Shown in pieces: positions 22,501 to 33,223 of a stretch of 64,000 bases of DNA. The position numbers and the translations under genes are program-made. Source of the stretch: Blastocladiella emersonii ATCC 22665 (taxonomy: Eukaryota; Fungi; Blastocladiomycota); NCBI GenBank assembly GCA_025594325.1, contig JANHCV010000002.1:2232001-2296000 (forward strand), written 5' to 3'. The notes beneath the pieces are model-generated. The model worked only from the letters and a program-made list of their open reading frames with translations, had not been told where the DNA came from and did not search any database. Every line of letters begins with the position of its first letter. Within the stretch, counting starts at the first letter, position 1.

Positions 22501-24599
22501 TACGTGGCGAGGAACGACTTGCTGGCGTGGTCGAGCGCGTGGATCACGGTCGACAAGAACAGCGACGAGACGTAGAGCCCGAGGCCGGCGCCGAACGCGC
22601 TGCCCGCAACGATGAGCGAGGTGATGCTGACGACGGCCTGGCGGAACGGCAGGTTGAGCGACGAGCCGAGCAGGAAGACCGACACGCCGACGCTCGCCAT
22701 GTGGTGGTGGCCGGCCGAGGTTCTACACGTTGGACGCGTTAGTGGTGAGGCGGTGTGACGGCGGCTAGACCGCCAGGATCACGTACAGTGCGAGGATCTC
22801 GGTCCGCAAACTGTCGGACACCTTGTGCTTGATCACGCACTGATCCATGACGTCGAGCGGCGAGCTGAGGTACAGCTTGGTGCCCGTGGCGAGGTCGGTC
22901 TGCGAACACATGAGCATGCACGCCGAGCCCTGGACGTCGACGAGCGAGAGAATCGTGAACACAGCGATCGAGAGCCGCCAGACGGGCCGGCGGTGCGCGA
23001 CGAACGCGGGCGAGTAGATGAGCCCGATGCAGGTGAGAAGCAGGAGCAGGCCGAGCGCGACGATACACGCGACCACGAGCTCGCACATGCCGCACCACCC
23101 CGACAGCGACGGGCAGGTGGCCTGGACGTGCTGGTACGTGACGGCGGCGTGCGCGGCAATGTACAGCTTGACCGCCACGGGCAGCAGCATGCCTGTCTAG
23201 AATGGCTACCGCCGCAGCGGTACGGATGGTGAGCGCGACGTCGGCAAGCGACACGGTGGAACGGAGACATACAGCGAGGAACTGGAGCGGCAGCCGCGAG
23301 ACGCGCAGCGAGTGGTCGAGGTATTTGGCCTCGAGCGACCGCGGCGAGAAGGTGAGCGTCAGCATCGAGATGTGCTTCCGTTTCCGCTCGAGCGCGAGAT
23401 CCCAGGTCGAGTCGAGGATGTGCGGCGCGATCCGGCGCTGGTACCAGTCGACGAGCCGGCTCGACTTTGCGGCAGGCTCAGCGGTGCCCGCAAACGGCTT
23501 GTCGGGCGCCGTTTCGGACACGCGACGCGGCGCGGCCACGCTCATCCGGCGCGCGAGCATGCGCGGCGGCGGAATGACGGGGTCGGGCGAGCGCGTGGCG
23601 AGGCTGCCGGCGGGAAGACCGAGCGTCGACCGCGGCACGGTGCCCGGGACGGTCAAACTGCTCGACATCTGCTCCGTCGTGGTGGTTGACGATGCGGCGC
23701 CGTCGACGAGCGACGTGACACCTTCCCACAGCGTGCGCGAGCGACCAATGGCGAACTGGGATGTCCGAGCCGCTACGCTGCCCGACCGGAGCGACGAAGA
23801 GTCGTCGCTGAGGTCCGAGTCGAGCGAACTAGAGGAAGCGAGCGAGTCGTCGTCGGACAGGGAAATGTCAAAGTCGGCCTCGTCCTCTTCGGCGAGCGAC
23901 GGGCTCTGCAGCGACGAGGCGGCGTGGCTCGCCATGGCCGAGGCGCTGCGTCGGCTGTTCATGGTGAATGAGGGGACGACGATAGGTTCGGGCGCCTCGT
24001 TGTTCGTGAGCTGCGTGCTCGTGCTCCGGTGGACCGAGCCCGAGTGCAGCGCGTGCCCGCTCTGCTGCCGTTGCCGCGGCATGTCGGCCGTGCTGTTGTT
24101 GGCCGTGACCGACCGGGCAGACGAGAGGCCCGCCGCGCTCTGGCCGCGGAGTCCCGCGGCCGCGTCGCCCGCGCCATCGACACCGAGGTTGGTGCTCTTG
24201 GTGCGGAACGGCACGGTGGGGAGGATCATGTTGAATACATCGAAGAAGGAGGCACGGCGCTTCGGAGGTGCGGGGAGGCCGAGACCAGCGGCCGACGTGC
24301 CGGACGGCAGAAGCGACGCGCTCACTACGCATGGTCGCATACGTCAACAGGTCTGGCCGCAATGGCTGCGCGGCGTGCGAGGCACACGTACCGCGCTGTG
24401 GCTGATCCCGAGCGGCTCGATCCGGTTCCAGAATGGACAGGGGTGACAGCGAGGTGCCCGCGTCCCCCACCGACGCGGTCGAGTGCGCCGTGATGCTGAT
24501 GGTGAAGGGCAAGAGCGCGGGGCCGGCTGGCGGCGGGGGCGGCGGCGCTCCGCAATTCGCCCCGTCGTCGGGGCCAGGAGAGGCGGGGTAGGTTGACAT
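19506..24599 (-). CDS. Large membrane protein with two multi-TM bundles, join(24599..24392,24324..23273,23196..22787,22722..19506), 1628 aa
   Basis: Three canonical GTAYGT..AG introns give one continuous frame. Bundles start TLTFSPRSLEAKY and LYTFPSADDEAAFQIYY, with a long Ser/Pro/Arg low-complexity linker between them. Confidence 0.75.
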
Positions 24600-24933
24600 G
24601 ATCGCAGATGCATGGAGTGTGGCATTCAGTTACATGGCCATGTGCGGAACGATGTGCGGACAGGGCATGCGAGGCCGTCGACCGCGGAAGGTGATCGCTT
24701 CCGCGTAGCCAATGCGCCGAGTTGACCACCGCCCACTCCAAGCCTGCATTTGCGCTCGTTTGGCGCGCTCGGCTGAGCGAGGTCCAACTCCGATTCTCGA
24801 GATCGCGCGAAAGACGGAAGTGCGAGACGCGTTTGTCTCGCGACGCGCCTGTCACGCCGGTCACGTCGGCCGGCCGGGCGGTTCTTTGCCCTCCTCACTT
24901 GCAGCCGAACCCGCACTCCCCATACACCCCACC

Positions 24934-25998
24934 ATGCAAGCAAATGACAAACACGACTCTATGCAACGGCCCTTGAATGGCGCTCAAGACGAGGAGGGCA
25001 CGCCCATGGACGTGGACCTGCCCGCGGTCGTCGCCGAACCTCCAGCGGCAGCGGGCGAGGGCGCGGCGTCCGCTTCTTTGGGCTCCTTTCCGAGCTCCGT
25101 TTCCGGAGGAGCATCAGCCGCCGATGCCCAACCAGAAACAGTCGACCAGAAGGCCCAGGAGCCGCACGCCGCCCGACTTTTGACGAACGACCAACATGTC
25201 ACCGACAGAGCGCAAGTCGTTGCTCCTGCAGACCCTGATCAAATGGACGTCGACCGGATAGCGGAGTCGAAGCCCGCCTTGGACTACGCGGTACAAGTCA
25301 TGCCCGACGCTATCCCCGCCGTCGCCGAGCAGCCCGCGCATGTGGCCCCTGCCGCCGCTCCGCTTGCCGCGAGCTCGGCGCCCCCGACGTCGCCGCACGC
25401 TGCTCCTGCCTGCTCTCCGACTGCTTCCTCTGCGACGGACCAGAAACCGGCTGCACCTTCTCTCACGATTCGTCGTGGCGCACGCCCTTCAGTCGAGCCA
25501 GCAGCCGTCGCCAGCGGATCCGCCCATTCTCCAACAGCTCCGCCCTCTCCGCCTCCGCAGGCGTCCACCCCAGCACCATCCTCCGCCCCAGCCCCACAGC
25601 CGGCAGCCGTTCCGTACACCGGCGCCGCGGTCCCGCACCAGCTCCACGCGCACGTCGACGGCAGCCCGCGACTAGCTGACGCCGAGGCACGCGCCGCTTC
25701 AGCCCTTGCTTCGGCGCTTCCCGACTCGCTGCTGCCTGGCATTCTCGGCGACGTCGAGACCATCCTCGACACGATCCTGCCCGCTTTCCTCGCTCGAGCT
25801 GGGCCGGACGCCAGCGTCGATGCACTCCTCGAACCGTTGCTTGGCCGCGTCAAGACGCAGCTCGGACTGCCGCGCTTCATGGAGCGGCACATGAGCGTGC
25901 TCACGGCGCACGCGGCGCTGCAGGACGGACTCGACGCGGCGATCGAAGGCGAGCTTGACAACGCCGTGGCCGAGGGTCGCCGCGCTGAGCGACGCTAA
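24934..25998 (+). CDS. Hypothetical Ala/Pro-rich protein with a helical C-terminal domain
   Basis: Long ORF with good ATG context (accATG) and coding-like codon use; no family recognised. Confidence 0.6.
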   Translation: MQANDKHDSMQRPLNGAQDEEGTPMDVDLPAVVAEPPAAAGEGAASASLGSFPSSVSGGASAADAQPETVDQKAQEPHAARLLTNDQHVTDRAQVVAPADPDQMDVDRIAESKPALDYAVQVMPDAIPAVAEQPAHVAPAAAPLAASSAPPTSPHAAPACSPTASSATDQKPAAPSLTIRRGARPSVEPAAVASGSAHSPTAPPSPPPQASTPAPSSAPAPQPAAVPYTGAAVPHQLHAHVDGSPRLADAEARAASALASALPDSLLPGILGDVETILDTILPAFLARAGPDASVDALLEPLLGRVKTQLGLPRFMERHMSVLTAHAALQDGLDAAIEGELDNAVAEGRRAERR

Positions 25999-26108
25999 GT
26001 ACAAAACCCGCAATACAAAACCGATGATAAAGCTAGCCTTCAATACATTTTGATGATACGATTCCTCTTTCCACACTCGCCCACTCGTGAACGCACGAGG
26101 AGGTAGAT

Positions 26109-29012
26109 TTAGATGGCGCCGGCCATCTCCTGCGCCTGCACGTCGTGGAACGGCTCGAGGACGGCGCGGAACTCGCCGCGGCGGCCGATGAGCGTGCGCC
26201 GCTCGACCCACGGGACGGCGCCAAAGTCGAGGACCGCGTCGACGAGCGCGTTCACGTCGTGCACCACGCGCACCTCGGAGCGCGACACGAGCTCGACGGC
26301 GACGTCGAACACGGCGGCCTCGGCGCGCTGCGTCACCGTCTTGCGCCCGCCCTGCTTCTTGGCGAGCTCGTCGCCGACGACCGACGTGTGCAGCCCGCCG
26401 AGCAGGTTGCGCATGTCGCGGTTGCGCAGCACCGTGGCCACCGACCCGTGCGCCGTCGCCACCATGGCCTTGATGCGCGTCACCACGCTGCGCGCCGCGT
26501 CCACCTCCTTCTTGTCGCTGATCTCGTCGATCACGACCACGTCGGGCGTGTGGTTCTGGACCGCTTCCAAAAGAACGTGGTGCTGGTCCGCGCGCACCGC
26601 CACCTGCATGCGCCGCGCCTCGCCGAGCGACGCGTGCGGCGTGTCGCCCGGCCCGCCGAGCTCGTTGGACGTGTCGACGACGAGCACGTGGTGGTGCCCG
26701 CCCGCCGGCCCGCTGAGCCGCGCAACGACGTCGCGCAGCGTGTGCGTCTTGCCCGTGCCCGGCTTGCCCAGCAGCAGCAGCGACCGCTCGCCCGTGTGCA
26801 CCACGTCGCCCAGCAGCTGCGCGAGCCCCGTGCCCGGTGCGGCCGCGCGCCCGACGCGGATCGTGACGCCGACCGCGTGGCCCTCGCGGTTCGGGATCCA
26901 CGAGATGCGGTGCAGCTGCCCGTCGATGCCGCCGCGCCGGTCCGACGAGAAGGTGCGCCCGATGACGACCGACTCGATCATGTCCTCGTCGACCGGGCCG
27001 AGCTCCGTCAGGTCCACCGTCGGGTTCGAGGTGGTGCCAAAGAAGCGCAGGCGCGCGGGGCGGCCGACGTCGAGCGAGATCTCGTTGAGCGTGTCGACCG
27101 CGTCCGGGATCGCGTAGATGGCGTCGCGCACGGGCTCGGGCAGCAGCGCCAGCAGGTCGTGCACCTCCTGCCGCGTCGTCTCGAGCCACTCGGCGTACTT
27201 TGGGGAAGCCGACACGGCGGGGTCGAGCGCCGTGGTGCCGCCGGCGGGGAGCGCGGCGGCCTCGGCCTCGGTCATGGTGTGCCACTGCACCACCTTGTTC
27301 CCCGTCGCGGACTCGACGACGAACCGCGCGAGGACGGGGACGCGCGGCGGCAGCGGGCCCGTCGACCACTCGGCAACCTGCACCCGCTCGAGCCCGGCGA
27401 CGCGCGACTTGGCGCGGCGCACCCATTTCGCGAGCGCCGCCAGCTTGTCCTCAAGGACCGCCGCGGCCGCCGGCAGCTGGTCGACCGACAGCACGGCGTG
27501 CCGCTCGAGCACGTCCTGCGGCAGCCCGAGCTCCCAGTAGTCGACGCACCCGTCCATGGTGCGAAGCGCGGCCTCGACGACGGCCGCGTCCGCATCAACG
27601 GGGCAGCGGCACGCAGCGAGGACCGTGTTCACGTCGGCGGCGACGGCGGTCTCGGCGCGCGAAGTTGGGGCGCGCACACCAGCAAACTCGCGGCGCAGCC
27701 CCGCACACGCGGCGTGCAGCGGCTCGGGCAGCGCGTCGAGCTGGCCAAACAGGGTCTCGGCATCGCGCGTGGCCTCGACCCACTCGCGGAACAGGATCTG
27801 CGTGTCGACGAGCGGCGCCCCGGCGAGCTGGATGTCGAGATGGTGGTCGAGCGCGTCCACAAGATCGCGGCCGCCGTGCACGACCAGCTCCCACGGGGCG
27901 TCCTGGTTCTCCAGGACCGACTTGATGGCGACGCGCGCCGCCTCGCGGTCCGCGGCCGTCGTCGAGCGCGTGTCGAGGAGTACGGCGATCGGCGTGTTCG
28001 TCTTGTTTGGCGTAAACGCGAGCACGAGCGCTGCGAGATCGCCGTGGTTGGCGCGCGACAGGTCGCCCTGCGCGCCAAGCGCGATCCGGGTCGGCGCGGC
28101 GGCCGCGAGCAGCGTATCGAGCTGCTTGGCGAGCACGGGCGACTCGAACGACACGAGCGTGTACCGCGGCAGGTACCTCGGCGCCAGCGTGTTGAGGACA
28201 GGCCGCAGCGAGCACGCCGCGGACACGACGGGGACCGGCGGCGCGGGCTTGGCGGCGCGGGCGATGGGCGCGCCCGAGAAGGATGGCGAGACGGGCACCG
28301 ACGAGGACGGCGTCGGGAGCGCGTTGCCGACCGGCGTCCACGGGATGTCGAACTCGTCGAGCTCGGGCGCGTCGGGCGGGAGCGCCGGGTCGTCGGGCGT
28401 CGCCGAGCGGAACGGCGAGCCGGTGTAGGGCACCGAGACGTCGTCGGCGTCGGGGTAGGTCGGGAACACGCGCTTGGTGACGCGCGAGCGGTCCTTGTGC
28501 ACGGTGAAGGCGTAGGTCTTGGGCGGCTGCAGCTTGGTGAAGAAGAGGTGCAGCGGGACCTCCTTGCACAGCTTGACCCAGTCAATGTAGTTGGCCTTGA
28601 CGGCCGGGTGGTGCTGGAAGTCCTTGAACAGCTGGAAGTTGTTGCGCGGGCCGTTCTTGTACAGGTGCAGGTACAGGTCGATGATGAGCACCTTGATCGA
28701 CTTGTACGCGTCGTCGTTGTCGTCGGTCGCGGGCGCGCGCAGCAGGCGGTACTGCTTCTTGCCTTTAGGGCCAATGTCGACGTGGATGATGTCGGGGAAC
28801 AGGTCGGCGAGGCCCGACGGCGCGCCCGCGACGTGGAACGCCGTATGGTGGATGAGCTCGTCCGAGACGTCCTTGCCCGTGACGGTCTGGTCGGGCTCGA
28901 GCGCGGCCAGCGCGGCCACCTTGCCGAGCAGGTCGGCCAGGTGCATGGTCGCCGGGACCACGGCGGCCGGGTTCAGCTTGATAGCGCTGCTACTGTTGTG
29001 GTTGGTGGCCAT
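26109..29012 (-). CDS. Tandem winged-helix/LOTUS-like + dead DEDD (Egl/EXD1-like) exonuclease + Ycf45/SpoIIIAA-like P-loop ATPase, paralog 1 (967 aa)
   Basis: IALGAQGDLSR..GDL, LVVHGGRDLVDAL, LVDTQILF, YW..LP; GIDGQLHRIS, TIRVGRA, GKPGTGKT, VVDTSNELGG, EAVQNHTPDVVVIDEI, ATAHG. Confidence 0.85.
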   Translation of the reverse strand: MATNHNSSSAIKLNPAAVVPATMHLADLLGKVAALAALEPDQTVTGKDVSDELIHHTAFHVAGAPSGLADLFPDIIHVDIGPKGKKQYRLLRAPATDDNDDAYKSIKVLIIDLYLHLYKNGPRNNFQLFKDFQHHPAVKANYIDWVKLCKEVPLHLFFTKLQPPKTYAFTVHKDRSRVTKRVFPTYPDADDVSVPYTGSPFRSATPDDPALPPDAPELDEFDIPWTPVGNALPTPSSSVPVSPSFSGAPIARAAKPAPPVPVVSAACSLRPVLNTLAPRYLPRYTLVSFESPVLAKQLDTLLAAAAPTRIALGAQGDLSRANHGDLAALVLAFTPNKTNTPIAVLLDTRSTTAADREAARVAIKSVLENQDAPWELVVHGGRDLVDALDHHLDIQLAGAPLVDTQILFREWVEATRDAETLFGQLDALPEPLHAACAGLRREFAGVRAPTSRAETAVAADVNTVLAACRCPVDADAAVVEAALRTMDGCVDYWELGLPQDVLERHAVLSVDQLPAAAAVLEDKLAALAKWVRRAKSRVAGLERVQVAEWSTGPLPPRVPVLARFVVESATGNKVVQWHTMTEAEAAALPAGGTTALDPAVSASPKYAEWLETTRQEVHDLLALLPEPVRDAIYAIPDAVDTLNEISLDVGRPARLRFFGTTSNPTVDLTELGPVDEDMIESVVIGRTFSSDRRGGIDGQLHRISWIPNREGHAVGVTIRVGRAAAPGTGLAQLLGDVVHTGERSLLLLGKPGTGKTHTLRDVVARLSGPAGGHHHVLVVDTSNELGGPGDTPHASLGEARRMQVAVRADQHHVLLEAVQNHTPDVVVIDEISDKKEVDAARSVVTRIKAMVATAHGSVATVLRNRDMRNLLGGLHTSVVGDELAKKQGGRKTVTQRAEAAVFDVAVELVSRSEVRVVHDVNALVDAVLDFGAVPWVERRTLIGRRGEFRAVLEPFHDVQAQEMAGAI

Positions 29013-32000
29013 CCTCGAAGTATGTCCTTAGGGACGAGTATGCTGCATCACTACCGGAGTCGACTGGCAGAATGGCAAGGAGCGCAAACGGGTTCGGGTC
29101 GCGAACGGCGAAGGGGGTCGGTCGGCGACTCACGCGCATCATCGTGCGTGTCGAGGACGCGTGACGGCACGGCACACGCGTCCAGCCGGTGTCCAGGCAC
29201 CGCAGCGATCGGCGCACATGAACTGCACCGATCTGCGGGCTGGTCGCGGCCTCGGTGACATGCCCTCGGCTATGCTGCTACCGTATCACCCAAACTTGGT
29301 GCAACGTCACCCGTGCGAGCGCTGGTTCTGTTAACCACAAACTTGGGGCGGAATCGTTGCGCAGCGGGCGTCAGCTGCGTCAGCTGCTGGACAGGCTTCG
29401 TGGTTCGGTCCCGCGAGCCCTCGGACGTCGTCTCGCATGGGCTATCGGTCAACGTCTGAGCTCGCCGTGGCCGCGAGCCATGGACCTCAGTGGCCACTGA
29501 GAGAGAGAGTCATGCTGGCTGCGTGAGTTGGAGCTCCCTCGAGGGCGCGTTCAGCCCTTCAGGAGAACGACCGGACGGCACGACCCGAGAACCCTGAGAT
29601 GAAGCCGTCGACAGTGTCTCCCAAACTAGCCTGCACCTTTGCGCCAAGTGTCACGCTGCTGTCGAGCTCTAGGGCTCGTGGCAGTGGACACGATCGCAGC
29701 GCCGGCCGACCGACGACACAGGGAGCAGGCGGGCTTGAAACCTCGATGCGCCTGCGCGTTCATCCTCGCTCCCCGTAATACTTGCGCTCGAGCCCAAGCA
29801 TTATCATAGTGAAACCCCCACCACGCCATGAAAGCAAAAGCTATTCCCGCGACTATGCACGTCGCCGACCTGCTGACCAAGGTCGTCGCCTTGGCCGCCT
29901 CGTCGGACGACCTGACGTGCTCGGCCAAGGATGTCTCGGCCGCCTACATCGGCCACCCGGCCTTCCACATCATCGGCGGGACGGCCGGGCTCGCCGAGCT
30001 GTTCCCGGACATCCTCGCGCTGGTCCCCGGATCTAAGAAGGTGTACCAGCTGCTCCGCACCCCGGCGGCCGTTGAGGAGGACCCGGCGTTCAAGTCGCCG
30101 CACGTCATCCTCATCGACCTCTACGTCCACCTGTACAAGAACGGCCCGCGCAAGACCTTCGAGCTGTACAAGGACTTTGCCGGCCACCCGGCCCTCAAGG
30201 CCAACTACATCTACTGGGTCGCCCTGACCAAGGTCGCCTACGACCACTTCTCGGTCATCAACCCCGCCGCGGGTGCGGGCAAGTCGGACGAGTCGTCGCC
30301 CAAGCCCAAGCCCGGTAAGGGCAAGGACCAGGTCCCCTACACCATCTGTGCCAACAAGCTCAAGTACACGAAGCGCATCCTTGGCGCGCCCGCCGCCTCA
30401 CCTCAGCCGGCGGCAGCACCATCGTCGCCGACGCCTGCCCCGGCCCCGAAGACCCCGTCCAAGTCGGCTGCCGCTGCTGCCGGCGCCGCGTGGACCCCGT
30501 CGCCTACGGCCACGCCCGCCCGCGCTTCCACCCCGACACCCGCACCTGCTTCCGCTCGCGCCAAGAGCCCGGCGCCGACCACCGCGTCTGCCCCGTCAAC
30601 CCCGAGTGGAGCACCGGTGCCGCGCAAGAAGCCGGCCGCAGCCGCGACCTCTTCTTCGCCCGCCATCCCGTGGGCGCCCGACGCGCCGGCGCTCCCGACC
30701 CCGACCGCGTCGGCCTCGCCCTCCCCGTCGTTCCCGCCGCCGCCGCCGCCTCCCACTCGCTCCCACCACAAACCCGCCAGGTCGGACACGAGCCAGTACA
30801 ACCCCAAGACGTTCTACAACACGGACGGCTCCACGCGGTGCGAGGCGCTGACGTTCGACGGCACCCCGCTCCACGAGGTCCTCGCCGGGATCCTCGACGT
30901 TTCCGCGCCGACCCGGATCGCGGTCGGCGCGCAGGGCGACCTGTCGCGCGCGAGCTACGGCGATCTCGCGGCGCTGGTGCTCGCCTTCACAGCGACGACG
31001 GTCGGCAGTGCGACGACGCCGATCGCCGTACTCCTCGACACGCGCTCGACGACGGCCGCGGACCGCGAGGCGGCGCGCGTCGCCATCAAGTCGGTCCTGG
31101 AGAACCAGGACGCCCCGTGGGAGCTGGTCGTGCACGGCGGCCGCGATCTTGTGGACGCGCTCGACCACCATCTCGACATCCAGCTCGCCGGGGCGCCGCT
31201 CGTCGACACGCAGATCCTGTTCCGCGAGTGGGTCGAGGCCACGCGCGATGCCGAGACCCTGTTTGGCCAGCTCGACGCGCTGCCCGAGCCGCTGCACGCC
31301 GCGTGTGCGGGGCTGCGCCGCGAGTTTGCTGGTGTGCGCGCCCCAACTTCGCGCGCCGAGACCGCCGTCGCCGCCGACGTGAACACGGTCCTCGCTGCGT
31401 GCCGCTGCCCCGTTGATGCGGACGCGGCCGTCGTCGAGGCCGCGCTTCGCACCATGGACGGGTGCGTCGACTACTGGGAGCTCGGGCTGCCGCAGGACGT
31501 GCTCGAGCGGCACGCCGTGCTGTCGGTCGACCAGCTGCCGGCGGCCGCGGCGGTCCTTGAGGACAAGCTGGCGGCGCTCGCGAAATGGGTGCGCCGCGCC
31601 AAGTCGCGCGTCGCCGGGCTCGAGCGGGTGCAGGTTGCCGAGTGGTCGACGGGCCCGCTGCCGCCGCGCGTCCCCGTCCTCGCGCGGTTCGTCGTCGAGT
31701 CCGCGACGGGGAACAAGGTGGTGCAGTGGCACACCATGACCGAGGCCGAGGCCGCCGCGCTCCCCGCCGGCGGCACCACGGCGCTCGACCCCGCCGTGTC
31801 GGCTTCCCCAAAGTACGCCGAGTGGCTCGAGACGACGCGGCAGGAGGTGCACGACCTGCTGGCGCTGCTGCCCGAGCCCGTGCGCGACGCCATCTACGCG
31901 ATCCCGGACGCGGTCGACACGCTCAACGAGATCTCGCTCGACGTCGGCCGCCCCGCGCGCCTGCGCTTCTTTGGCACCACCTCGAACCCGACGGTGGACC

Positions 32001-32898
32001 TGACGGAGCTCGGCCCGGTCGACGAGGACATGATCGAGTCGGTCGTCATCGGGCGCACCTTCTCGTCGGACCGGCGCGGCGGCATCGACGGGCAGCTGCA
32101 CCGCATCTCGTGGATCCCGAACCGCGAGGGCCACGCGGTCGGCGTCACGATCCGCGTCGGGCGCGCGGCCGCACCGGGCACGGGGCTCGCGCAGCTGCTG
32201 GGCGACGTGGTGCACACGGGCGAGCGGTCGCTGCTGCTGCTGGGCAAGCCGGGCACGGGCAAGACGCACACGCTGCGCGACGTCGTTGCGCGGCTCAGCG
32301 GGCCGGCGGGCGGGCACCACCACGTGCTCGTCGTCGACACGTCCAACGAGCTCGGCGGGCCGGGCGACACGCCGCACGCGTCGCTCGGCGAGGCGCGGCG
32401 CATGCAGGTGGCGGTGCGCGCGGACCAGCACCACGTTCTTTTGGAAGCGGTCCAGAACCACACGCCCGACGTGGTCGTGATCGACGAGATCAGCGACAAG
32501 AAGGAGGTGGACGCGGCGCGCAGCGTGGTGACGCGCATCAAGGCCATGGTGGCGACGGCGCACGGGTCGGTGGCCACGGTGCTGCGCAACCGCGACATGC
32601 GCAACCTGCTCGGCGGGCTGCACACGTCGGTCGTCGGCGACGAGCTCGCCAAGAAGCAGGGCGGGCGCAAGACGGTGACGCAGCGCGCCGAGGCCGCCGT
32701 GTTCGACGTCGCCGTCGAGCTCGTGTCGCGCTCCGAGGTGCGCGTGGTGCACGACGTGAATGCGCTCGTCGACGCGGTCCTCGACTTTGGCGCCGTCCCG
32801 TGGGTCGAGCGGCGCACGCTCATCGGCCGCCGCGGCGAGTTCCGCGCCGTCCTCGAGCCGTTCCACGACGTGCAGGCGCAGGAGATGGCCGGCGCCAT
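26113..32898. repeat. Inverted repeat: arms 26113-27995 and 31016-32898 (1883 bp each) around a 3020-bp spacer
   Basis: Encoded proteins are identical from TPIAVLL to EMAGA. Only one synonymous difference was noticed by eye (AAC/AAT at about 26251/32760); an exact alignment was not run. Confidence 0.92.
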
Positions 32899-32902
32899 GT
32901 GA
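29828..32902 (+). CDS. Winged-helix/LOTUS-like + dead EXD-like + Ycf45-like ATPase, paralog 2 (1024 aa)
   Basis: Same architecture as paralog 1; divergent N-terminus (HPAFHIIGGTAGLAELFPDIL; DLYVHLYKNGPR) and a longer Pro/Ala linker. Confidence 0.85.
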   Translation: MKAKAIPATMHVADLLTKVVALAASSDDLTCSAKDVSAAYIGHPAFHIIGGTAGLAELFPDILALVPGSKKVYQLLRTPAAVEEDPAFKSPHVILIDLYVHLYKNGPRKTFELYKDFAGHPALKANYIYWVALTKVAYDHFSVINPAAGAGKSDESSPKPKPGKGKDQVPYTICANKLKYTKRILGAPAASPQPAAAPSSPTPAPAPKTPSKSAAAAAGAAWTPSPTATPARASTPTPAPASARAKSPAPTTASAPSTPSGAPVPRKKPAAAATSSSPAIPWAPDAPALPTPTASASPSPSFPPPPPPPTRSHHKPARSDTSQYNPKTFYNTDGSTRCEALTFDGTPLHEVLAGILDVSAPTRIAVGAQGDLSRASYGDLAALVLAFTATTVGSATTPIAVLLDTRSTTAADREAARVAIKSVLENQDAPWELVVHGGRDLVDALDHHLDIQLAGAPLVDTQILFREWVEATRDAETLFGQLDALPEPLHAACAGLRREFAGVRAPTSRAETAVAADVNTVLAACRCPVDADAAVVEAALRTMDGCVDYWELGLPQDVLERHAVLSVDQLPAAAAVLEDKLAALAKWVRRAKSRVAGLERVQVAEWSTGPLPPRVPVLARFVVESATGNKVVQWHTMTEAEAAALPAGGTTALDPAVSASPKYAEWLETTRQEVHDLLALLPEPVRDAIYAIPDAVDTLNEISLDVGRPARLRFFGTTSNPTVDLTELGPVDEDMIESVVIGRTFSSDRRGGIDGQLHRISWIPNREGHAVGVTIRVGRAAAPGTGLAQLLGDVVHTGERSLLLLGKPGTGKTHTLRDVVARLSGPAGGHHHVLVVDTSNELGGPGDTPHASLGEARRMQVAVRADQHHVLLEAVQNHTPDVVVIDEISDKKEVDAARSVVTRIKAMVATAHGSVATVLRNRDMRNLLGGLHTSVVGDELAKKQGGRKTVTQRAEAAVFDVAVELVSRSEVRVVHDVNALVDAVLDFGAVPWVERRTLIGRRGEFRAVLEPFHDVQAQEMAGAM

Positions 32903-33223
32903 GGAAAGACCAAGGGATTCGAGTAATTGTATCATCACAATGTATGAAGAGTGTTTACCCCGAGCAAACTAGGAATGTTCAGCGCTTCTCGGGCGAGGCA
33001 GCTCTCAGCCACGCTGCCTGTTGGAGCAGCAGGAGTCACAGGCGCGCGCCAGCGGAGGCACTTGGCCCACGGAGCAAACGAGGAGGTCAGGAGTCGCACG
33101 GCAGATCGACGCGCGACGCCACTCGCGTGAGCGCGCTCATCCGAGTAACCCCGACCTTCGCCTCGCCTTCGCGCGCTCTCGACCCGCTCTCCCGCCCCTC
33201 TCTGACAGACCCGCCACATTGCA

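Noticed and set aside
26113-32898. Inverted arms as transposon terminal inverted repeats
   Set aside because: The arms are internal coding sequence of two genes; there is no TSD, and no transposase in the spacer.
29828-32902. Plastid or bacterial contig because of the Ycf45/SpoIIIAA similarity
   Set aside because: The flanking genes and paralog 3 have spliceosomal introns and eukaryote-specific functions (CTF18, THOC3).
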